DNA of 32,000 nucleotides from Zygophlyctis sp. KS116 (lineage: Eukaryota > Fungi > Chytridiomycota), in the NCBI GenBank assembly GCA_054661495.1, contig BAAFSQ010000002.1, positions 1 through 32,000 of the forward strand, written 5' to 3'. A model generated the notes under the pieces. It made no database searches, was not told the origin of the DNA, and saw only the letters and a program-made list of their open reading frames with translations. The translations under genes were made by a program, and so were the position numbers. Of the stretch, positions 22,937 to 32,000 are shown piece after piece (positions within the stretch are counted from its first letter, which is position 1; each line of letters starts with the position of its first letter).

Positions 22937-25073
22937 TTAGTATTGGTATAATGAGTCTGATAATTTGTCTGGTTCGCCACGACGTTTGGTTGATAGTCGT
23001 CGGCGCAAAGAGTCAATAAATCGAGTTGCTAATTTAACTGCTGGCATAAATGCCGTTTTGACCTCTTCATCTGTAACCTCTTCATAAATACAGTTTTCTT
23101 CGGTGCTGATCATTGGATCGCTTCCACGAAGTGTAACCCAAGGATGTACTTTTATTTCCGCAATAGTGAGACGATCTCCTGGGTCCTTTTTTAACATTCC
23201 TATCATCAAATCAACTAATAGAGATGATAGGTTGGATGAGTATTTAATCTCGTCATTCTTGATCTGATCGGCTAGTTCTAGAATGTTATCGCTATCAAAG
23301 GGACAGCGACCATGTACAAGAGCATACAATGTTATTCCAAGTGACCAAACATCCGCCGATCTTCCATCTGGAATAGTAGAGTTTTCTGATATTAGTAAAT
23401 TCATAACCATACCATTGAAAGCCTCTGGTGGACTAAACGCTGGTGATGCATTTTTATCTTGAACAGCAGCTTGTTCATTTTCAAATGTGTGAGAAATTCC
23501 AAAATCAGCTATAACTACAGAAAAATCTTGAGCAAAAAGAAGATTTTCAGGTTTGATATCACGATGAATTATTTTTTTATAGTGCACTATAAGTTACAAG
23601 AATGCAAAATACTATATTCAACGCCAAGAAGAACATCACGTAGCATTTTTCTAGCCATATCCTCATTATAAGGTATTACGGTCTTATGTGGCACCAGCTT
23701 CATTATTGCACCATACTCACATAATTCGAATACTAAAATATAAAATCGTAAATTAGCCTACTCATGTAAATATTGTCATCTGCTGCATTATCCAGAACTT
23801 CGACTAAATAATTGATATTCGGATGCCGAGAAAGTTTTTTGAGAACAGCAATCTCTTTTTTCATTTCCTCTAAAACATCATGCTGACCAGGTCCATTCAT
23901 GACAGCTCTCCATCGCATTTTCTTGACCAGTCTACTTTTAGAAATCATCTTAAGTGCAAAGTATTGCCCACTTAGCGCACTCTTACAGAGATAAACTGTC
24001 CCGTATGCACCACTACCAATCTCTCGAATGATGTGATACTGGTTAATTTGACTAGTACTACATTCTTTTTCTCCTAGCCTGTTCACAAAAGTTGCCGTCC
24101 TATCTTGTACAAATATAGATGTTGTCTCTTTTATTCTACTACCTTCAGCCAAAAGAGATTTTTTCAGAGATTTTGATTTTCCTGGATCAGCTTTTGACGA
24201 TAATTCAAAACGAGCATCAGACCTCGTGCGAAATCGATCAAAAGTATCAATTTCGTCAATCCATGCCAGTTTTTTACTCTTTTTTGACTTTGATTGACTT
24301 AAACTTTGATTTTGCTGTTCCAATTTCAATGATTGCATAATAGTTCTTAATTCTTTAGGGCCAAGAGATTTTGATAAATGATTTCTGGGTTCTGATAAAG
24401 ATTCTCCAAAATCATCAAAGTTTGAAAATGACGATTCAGAATTTTCTTTTGGGACCCATGTATCATCCATATTGATCTCTGCTAATGATGGGGCAGATTT
24501 GAGCGATTTTCTAGATTGAGCACTTTTTGTCCGCTTGGCTCTATTATCTCTTTCAACGCTCTCTGGTTGTACTGCGAGTGGCATAACATTAAATTGTAGA
24601 TTATTGGAGTCTAGAGATACTATTGGTGTTATTTCATCTATGCTAGCAAGCCTCATTCTTGAATTCTCGCTTGAAAAGAATGCAGCAAAATATGGAGGTC
24701 TTTCAGCAGACTTTGATTCAGAAATACAAGGATCTGATGCCATTACAATACTGTTTTTGTAAATTCTTTCAGTAGAAGATTCTTTGATGACCATTGTAGT
24801 GTCCGATCGATTGGTTGATGATACAGATGAAGCCGATGCATCAATAAGCTTCGATTTGAGGATTTTAAGCTTGACACTCTTAGAGTCTGATATATTCTTT
24901 GATTGCCGAAAGTCCGGCTCTGAAGCATACAAGGAAACATCGCTAGAAAAATCTCTTTCGAGATCCTTTTCATGACTACCAAACATGGAAGAGATCTTTG
25001 AAGATAGTTTACTAAAGATCTTTCCAAATTTCTTCTTGAGGTCAAAAGATTTCTTCTTGTGACTCAAAGACAT
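22937..25073 (-). CDS. CAMKK/Ssp1/Sak1-like Ser/Thr protein kinase
   Basis: INQYHIIREIGSGAYGTV, ALKMISKSRL, EIAVLKKL.RHPNI, IIHRDIKPENLL, ADFGIS, SPAFSPPE, DVWSLGITLY. Long Ser-rich N-terminus; first ATG at 25073. Confidence 0.88.
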
Positions 25074-25189
25074 GATTTTATTTAGTTTTATAAAATAGTA
25101 AACAATGCCCAATCCATCGAAATCATGCCAATCTAAAAATAGATTTGGCAGAGCAACTAAAGCCCGATGAGACAATCTTATAATTACCC

Positions 25190-26453
25190 CTACTGATCAA
25201 GTTTAAGAGACTTGTTTGCCTTGAAATTATTTCTATCGGGAGATAATGCTCTCTTTTTATTTGTTCTAAAAATTAAGTAATTTTAAGCATACTCTTCAGA
25301 CTTTGGAGAAATATCCATTGAATTAGTTGCTTCAGCTTGTAAGTTTGATTGTCTGTCAGCTTTACTTTTAGATATAGCATTTGCAACAGCTTCCGCAATA
25401 CGTGGAGCAATTTTCAAATGCTCGGGTGATTGATACTGTGAACATGATGGGCATTTAAACCTTTTTGCAATATCAGCATTTTCCAACAATGAAAAAGTTA
25501 TACCTAAAATTTACATTTAAAAATGTTACATTCTTTACAAAAGGCAGTATTACAACAAGATACTACAACAGGGTCTGTAAACAGTTTATCACAAAGAGAA
25601 CATTTCAAATCACTTGAAAAAGAATCCAATTCACCGACAGCCTTTGTTCTAGTCATTTTATTCCAAGCATCTCTAATTTTTTTAATATAAAAATCAATTT
25701 ACTCATTTGGTTGTGCAACAACAATCTCACCTGTAGTTGTCACCATTAATCCAGCCGCATCTTTACTTTCTACAGTCTTCAAAAACATTTTTGGTATTCC
25801 AGTTGTTCTTTTTAATTTTGGTCTATTATCATAGTCCTTATTTCCCAAAGTGGGACATTGATTAATAAAATGACCTTTTTCACCACATCTAAAGCAGACA
25901 TAATTCGCATGTGGAGTTTTTTCACCTTGAGCCTGCATTCCTCTTCCCATCCCCATTGGACGATACATTGGCCGTTGACTATAAATCAATAAATTTCACC
26001 AAAATACCTATTAGCTGTATTTTCCCATTGAGCCGATTGTTGCTTAAACATCATCTTGATCTTATCTTCTTCAGACATATCAGAATGTTGCATTAAATTT
26101 GGTCTTAATTTTGGTCTATAAGCGATTGGCTGAGCTTTGGAGAATGTTGGTACAGCCTTTGAATAGCCAAGAGGATTAACTCCCAAATACTTTTGAGCAG
26201 TTCCTTTTCCTGCTCTTGTTGCAGGCCTTCTAGAGACTAAAACCGATGAATTTTTAGGAATAATTTCATTATCGTCCAAGATCTCTTCTCCTGACGACGA
26301 ATTCCAAAGAATTAAGTCAAAATCATTTCCTTTTCCCAATTTCTTTGTGATCATGATGTCCTTTTTAAGATCAAATACTGAAATTCCTGATCCGTCGAAT
26401 TTGCATGTGTCATAGTCCTTTGCGATCTTGAATTTGTAGAAAACTGAGCTCAT
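25190..26453 (-). CDS. MPE1: Cleavage/polyadenylation factor subunit Mpe1/RBBP6 (DWNN, zinc knuckle, RING)
   Basis: MSSVFYKFK..KDYD...FDG.GISVFDLK (DWNN), YVCFRCGEKGHFINQCP, KRTTGIPKMFLK, RING-like CSLC...CC...FC.EC...CPSC. Stop TAG ends at 25190 after the last intron. Confidence 0.93.
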
Positions 26454-26539
26454 GCAAACAAAACTTGTGTTTTAGGATATTAGGCAATCGAACCTCGGCG
26501 CTGGCGGTTTATCAAAAAAAAGTTTAGGAAAAATGCCAA

Positions 26540-26839
26540 AGTTTTGCACCCGCCGTCACGTTATCTCTAATCCCAGACTGTACCTAGTGCTTAATGATGG
26601 ATGTCTCACACACGAATGAATTTCATTCTTTAACCCTAAGTTGTATCTCTCTCCTCTTTATAAATTTAAAGAATCCTGAATTTGTATGCACAGACATAAG
26701 AATTACGCCTACCTGCGCATCCTACGGGATAGAGCCTTGGCTCGAAATTTAAGAGTGGTGTATGGTTCTTTTTGTCTCATGGTTGGAATCTGGGGATGGC
26801 TAAAGACGGCAAATGCGGTGCAAATTCTTTATATTTTTG
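26540..26839 (+). ncRNA. Candidate telomerase RNA (~300 nt)
   Basis: Template-like TAACCCTAA (26631-26639), 2 nt after hairpin GAATGA/TCATTC (26614-26628). Long interrupted terminal stem 26543-26577 / 26789-26824. Arm 26692-26777 ends in ATCC-TACG-GGAT and GAGC-CTTG-GCTC hairpins. Sm site ATTTTTGG at 26833-26840. Confidence 0.7.
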
Positions 26840-26915
26840 GTAGAATTTACCCTAACCATAAACATTACCACTGGGCGCCCATTGGAAGATTTAGCCTACA
26901 CCCCAGACGTTGACC

Positions 26916-29298
26916 ATGTATTCTGATAACGGATACATTGAATTGGACGATTTGGATGATTTGGACGATTTGGATGATATCGACACAACAGATCTTAATG
27001 ATACGCAAGTCATTGACTCTAAATTGGCAAATCAGATCGCTGATGGACTTGTGCCGAAAACAGATGATCCATTGTTGCCATCCTTTACTTTACGGGTTCT
27101 GATTATAGGTACAATATGGAATATATTCTTGGCTATTTCTAATGGAATATTTTCATTCAGAACGACGTCGTTTCAAGTTCCTGGGATCTTTGCAACTCTT
27201 TTAAGTTATCCAATGGGGATATTTCTAAGTAGAATCTTGCCAAGGAAAAAAATAAATATTTTTGGCAAAAGGTGGGAATTAAATGATGGGGATTTTTCAA
27301 TAAAGGAACATGTATTAATATACATTATTGCATCAGGTATGAAATCCGATCAATCAATTAATCATTTTATTAACTGTTAGGGGGAGCAGGAATCGCGTAT
27401 GGGTTGGATAATGTTGTTACACAGAGAATGAGCATGTTTATGGGGAACTCTACAATTAATTTTTTTGAAGCTCTATTATGGGTATTGTCAAGTCAATTTA
27501 TTGGTTTTGGGATGGCTGGGATTATGAGACGTTTTTTGATTAAGCCGGCTGCAATGTTGTGGCCAACATGTTTATCAGACGTTGCATTGTTTGTTGGATT
27601 TCATGAAAAATCAACAGATGCAAACCAACTCAGTAGATTTAAAATGTTTTGGTGGGGACTTTTGGGAATGTTTATATACTCTTGGTTTCCAATGTATATC
27701 TCTCCAGCGCTACAATCAATACCAGTCTTGTGTTTTATTACTTCAAATTCAAAATTACGGTTTTTAGCGTCTGGATGGCCAATACCAGCAGGATATGGAG
27801 GCGTTGGATTGGGTACTCTTTCCGTATTCTCTTTAGAAATTTAATAATTAGTTTGATTGGTCACAAATAGGAGGATCCAGTATGACTATTCCTTGGTGGG
27901 CTACAGTGAATTTTGTGATTGGAAATATTATCTGGGCATGGATTTTGACGCCCTTGTTATATTATTCAGATGCTTTTGGGATGGATTCATCTTTAAGGTC
28001 TCATGGATTACCTGTCTTGAATACAGGATCACTATTTAACAAGAATGGGACTGCAATTAATGCTCTCAGTTTGTATAACCATACAACGTACGATATTAAT
28101 CTGCAAGCATACAACGAGAATGCCCCAATATACATCACTACACTTTTTTCCATGTCTTATGCTTCCAGTTTCCTTGGGATTACAGCGGCTTTTACTCATG
28201 TCTTTTTATGGTATGGAAAAGATATTGTGCGCCAATTTAGAGCGACCTTGTTACAATTAGATGATAAAGCTGATAATTCTGATATTCATAATCAACTGAT
28301 GAAAAGCTACCCTGATTTTTCTGAAATCGATTATCTAATATTTCTAAGTTTTTGTATTATTCTTCAAGTGATTGTATCATTGTAAGTTCCTTGTACTTTA
28401 TATACGTAGAACGACTTCTTTTACAATGCCTCTTTGGTCTGTGTTTCTCTGTTTAGCCATGTCACTCTCATCAATTTTACCTCTGGGAATAATCAAAGCG
28501 ATTGCTGGATCGTCTCTTGGTCTTAATGTTCTAACTGAATTTGTGATTGGACTTCTTATACCTGGGAGCACGGTTGCCGTCATGTCATTTAAAAGCCTTG
28601 GAACCAATTCTGTCATTCAAGCACTGGATTTATTGAGTGACTTAAAATTGGGACATTATATGAAGATAAATCCTATTCATATGGTATACGCACAGGTAAA
28701 TTTAATTATTAAAATTAGTTGTATGGGACTTTTATAGGAGCATTATTCAACACTATATCTTGCTTTTTCGTAATGGATTTCATGAAGGATATACTAGGTA
28801 CACCTGATTGGCAAGTATCTAGCTATACTATATTCTATAATGCAGGAGCAATTTGGGTAATTTCCTACTAATTAAAATTCCAAGGGAGCTATTGGCCCAT
28901 CTAGATTTTTCGGAATAGGATCAGTCTATCAAGGATTGTTATGGTGTTTCCCTCTTGGTATTTTACTCCCCATTGTACCATGGCTCCTAAACAGGACCTA
29001 CCCCTCACCCTACTGGCACCTTGTGAATGTACCTCTTTTATGCTCCATGACTGAACCTGGAAGAGTGCAAAACTATATAATATGTTCTACTCTAGTCTCT
29101 TGGTACTTTCAAAATTACATTTTCCGTAAATATCATGATTGGTGGACTAGATATAATTATATACTTTCTGTTGGATTTGCCAGTGGAGTCTCAATCTGTG
29201 GCCTATTTATAACCTTTCTACAGGAATCCGGACATGAATTTCCTTATTGGTATCTTAACCCTCAAGAAAGAGAATCATCTTGTAAGCCATATATTTAA
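26916..29298 (+). CDS. OPT-family oligopeptide transporter
   Basis: DDP.LPSFTLRV, FSIKEHVLI, LSSQFIGFGMAGIMRRFLIKPAAMLWP, DIHNQLMKSYP, GLNVLTEFVIG, SDLKLGHYMKI.P, WGAIGPSRFFG, WWTRYNYILS. Several 23-40 nt introns. Confidence 0.94.
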
Positions 29299-29304
29299 AA
29301 ACAG

Positions 29305-29762
29305 TTACTCATTTGCCTAATTTAATTAAAAATATTAGTAAAACATACAACTTTCTTCAAACGTGCGCTTCCATTAGTCAACTTGACATTTAACTGAGCA
29401 GCTCTTTCCACGATGCTGATTCTTTTCTTTGAAGAGATATTATGGGCGATTTCACCAGCATATAAACGATTGTGCATCAATAGCATTTCAACGTCTGCGA
29501 CATTGGTGATTAAAAACTTTTTAAGGCCGTTTGGCATCATATGTCTAGTTCTAGCGTTTGATCCATATCCGATGCTTGGCATAGGAATTTGTCCCTTGAA
29601 ACGACGACGGACTCTGTTATCAATACCCTTTGGCTTTCTCCAAGATGCCTAAAATTAGCCATGGAAATATACATCAATTTTCTTGTAGCGATCACACTGG
29701 TGACGGGTAAACTTTTTAGTTCTCTTTTTAACAATCTTGAGTTTAGCGACTGAATTTGACAT
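29305..29762 (-). CDS. RPL32: 60S ribosomal protein L32 (eL32)
   Basis: [57 protein letters not shown]. Introns 29649-29672 (24 nt) and 29317-29348. Confidence 0.96.
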
Positions 29763-30061
29763 TTTTTAAATTTTTTTTTCTGTGTCTGTGGCCGCCGCTG
29801 CGCACAAATTTTTATAATTTTTTCGCCACTCCTGTTTGACCCTTGACCCTTCTTGAACCTGGGCCCTGGACTTTTTTTTAAAAGTTTTTTTTTTAATTTT
29901 TTTTTTTAATTTTTTTAAATTTTTTTTTAAGTGGTTTAAAAGTTTTTGAAAATTTTTAAACCACATTATAAATTCCTTTATAACTCAACCCTCGATTGCT
30001 CTAGTGCTCTAGTGCTCTAGGGGATAAAATATAAATTTCAAGAAAGTAATATGTGTATTAG

Positions 30062-32000
30062 TTAACCCTGAGAGTCCAAAAGAAACTCTTGGTGCAATTT
30101 TACTTGCGCAGCATATTCCTTTTCAAGCTTTTTTCTTTTAGATTTAGAAATTTCTATTCCTTCTCTGTCTTTAAGTGGAAGTCCCATAGAGTCCCATTCA
30201 GAGTATTCACTGTTTTTAAACATTTCTAAAGGTTTAATAGATCCTTTTGCCAATCTTTCTTGTTTTTTAAGTAAATTTAGTCTTGCTCTTTCTTCTTTTT
30301 CTAGTAATTTTTCCTTTTCACGCTTTGGAATAAGTAAAATAAAATTATACCTTTTCTTTTTCTTGTCTGGCTTCAAGTAGAATAGATGCATCAATAAGCT
30401 TAATAAGAGCTTTTCCATCATCACGGTCTTCAAGTGAAATTCCAAGATCAACCATGTCAAAATCTCGAAGTTGATCACAAAGAATTAGAAATTCTCTAGG
30501 ATCGGATTTAGATTGCGCTAAATTACGAACAGTGTCTCGGAATTTAGATAGAGCTGTTACAAAAGGAAGAATTGTTTCTTCTTTATTGACTCCAGATAAA
30601 GTTGAACCAGATCCAATTAGAGGGTTCAAGTTTGGATATACTCCAAAGACTTGCATTAAATTTGTAATATATTCTGCAATTCCTTTTAATAAATCAGAAT
30701 TAGGAATAGATTTGCTCTTATTCTTTTCTTGGTAATAGGTGTTGCATATAGAGATTAGATTCTTTATTTCAGTCATTACTACTGGAGTATTGAAGGAATC
30801 ATAAAGGGCTTCATCAATAAGAATTTGTTTCTCCTGGAACCTAAATATTATTTAAAATAAAGTTTACAGCTTGTTGAGGGATTTTTCCTCTTTATGGAAA
30901 TTATGATTTCCAGTAAAAACATAGGAAAGAGACTGTTCATGAATCAAGGCTTTTACCATTGACATGAAATTGTTCACAAAAGATTCAAAAGATTTTGCTT
31001 CATTCATAGAGGCAATACTGTAATCTAAAACAGAGTCCCATGAGTGTAATAAGAAAAATAAACGTATTTGGGACGCAGTATAAGAATTTAAAGCCTCCTA
31101 AAAAGTTAATATCTTTTAAATTACTTGAATAGTAATGAAATTCTTTAAACTTTTAGACATTTTTTGACCTTCAATATGTAAATGTCCTGCGTGCAAAAAA
31201 TAGTTTACCCACTGTTTACAATTAAAATATCCCTCGCATTGAGCGATTTCATTGTCATGATGAGGAAATGCCAAATCAATTCCACCTGAATGAATATCTA
31301 AACGTTCACCAAGCACATCACTAGCCATAACTGAGCATTCAATATGCCAACCAGGACGCCCATGGCCCCAGGGTGATTCCCATGCAGGCTCTCCTTGTTT
31401 TGATTTTTTCCATAAAGCAAAATCAGAACTTGTCTTTTTACCTTTAAGGTCTTTACTCAAATCTCCTTCACCTTCTTGAAGTAATTTTACGTTACCAGCC
31501 GACCAAGGCTCTAATTTCGCATAGTCATGACCTTCAGTCTTATCAAATTTAACAGTGTCAAAATAAACTGAACCATCAAATTCATAAGCATAACCATTTT
31601 GGATAATTTTGTCCACAAATTCTACTATTTCCGGAACGTATTCACTAACTCGCGTCAATACATTAGGTCTCTGTATATTCAAGTCATCCATATCCTTAAA
31701 ATATTCATTTTCCCAAAAAGCAGCAAAATCTCTAAAAATCTTTTGATCAGTGACTAAATGCCCCTTCTAAAATAATAAATAAATTTAAAAATTACCTCTA
31801 AATCTAGTAAAGGTGCCACAACATCCTTTACTTGATCTAACAGCCCTTCACCTACTCCTGAATCTGAATCTGAGCCTAACAACTCTTGCATTGCGCCTTT
31901 AGCCTTGACTGCAATCTTGATATAGAGTTCAAATTTAGGTTCGTCTGAAGCATCAATGACATTGCTTTCAACGGCTTTTAAAAATCCATCAAAATTCGTG
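30062..32000 (-). CDS. CARS: Cysteinyl-tRNA synthetase (5' part lies beyond the window)
   Basis: [87 protein letters not shown]. Confidence 0.96.

Noticed and set aside
26540-26839. SRP RNA, RNase P/MRP, or U1/U2/U4/U5 identity for the structured element
   Set aside because: By eye I found no SRP helix-8 GNRA/symmetric loop, no RNase P/MRP P4 consensus, and no ACTTACCTG, GTAGTA or GCCTTTTAC. An Rfam scan is still needed.
26849-26857. Second telomere-like 9-mer ACCCTAACC as the template or a Tbf1 site
   Set aside because: It lies outside the folded domain, after the Sm site, and coincides with the CTAAC branch point. A Tbf1/telobox role for either motif cannot be fully excluded.
26686-26913. 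75-aa ORF upstream of OPT
   Set aside because: No recognisable motif. It overlaps the predicted RNA stems, Sm site and splice signals, which explain the sequence better.
26943-26978. Tandem repeat encoding (LDD)x4 at the OPT N-terminus
   Set aside because: Simple slippage in an acidic N-terminal tail; not CRISPR-like or mobile.
29766-29966. Lys-rich 66-aa ORF
   Set aside because: A by-product of poly-T low-complexity sequence.
238-32000. Alternative genetic code or mass pseudogenisation as the cause of the fragmented ORFs
   Set aside because: In-frame stops consistently fall inside short GT..AG segments whose removal restores conserved motifs. Only the EXORDIUM-like locus has unexplained breaks.
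1-32000. Transposons, tRNA/rRNA genes, CRISPR arrays
   Set aside because: No transposase or RT motifs, terminal repeats, cloverleafs or repeat-spacer arrays were seen.

Overview
AT-rich, very gene-dense eukaryotic DNA from a flagellated early-diverging fungus, most likely a chytrid. That call is inferred from fungal-type MIF2, PUF and OPT genes together with the axonemal gene LRGUK. Genes are split by ultra-short introns (23-34 nt, nearly all GT-AG), so the ORF track fragments almost every gene. After manual splicing the window holds about 18 protein-coding loci: a CobW-like 3' end (tentative), DBR1, an EXORDIUM/Phi-1-like pseudogene, an unknown gene, pICln/LOT5, PPCDC, a CE4 chitin deacetylase, a C2-C2-C1-RasGAP, CDC50/LEM3, a long coiled-coil protein, acylphosphatase, CENP-C/MIF2, an alpha/beta hydrolase, LRGUK, a PUF protein, a CAMKK-type kinase, MPE1, an OPT transporter, RPL32 and a partial cysteinyl-tRNA synthetase. 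Intergenic gaps are mostly 6-140 nt. The largest gap (26454-26915, 462 nt) contains a ~300-nt structured + strand element with the expected parts of a telomerase RNA. These are a UAACCCUAA template with an adjacent boundary hairpin, a long end-to-end stem, a CR4/5-like arm and an Sm site. The Sm site overlaps a 5' splice site that is followed by a branch point and an unusually distant AG, the arrangement used for spliceosomal 3'-end cleavage of S. pombe TER1. All splicing and folding was done by eye and no database searches were run.
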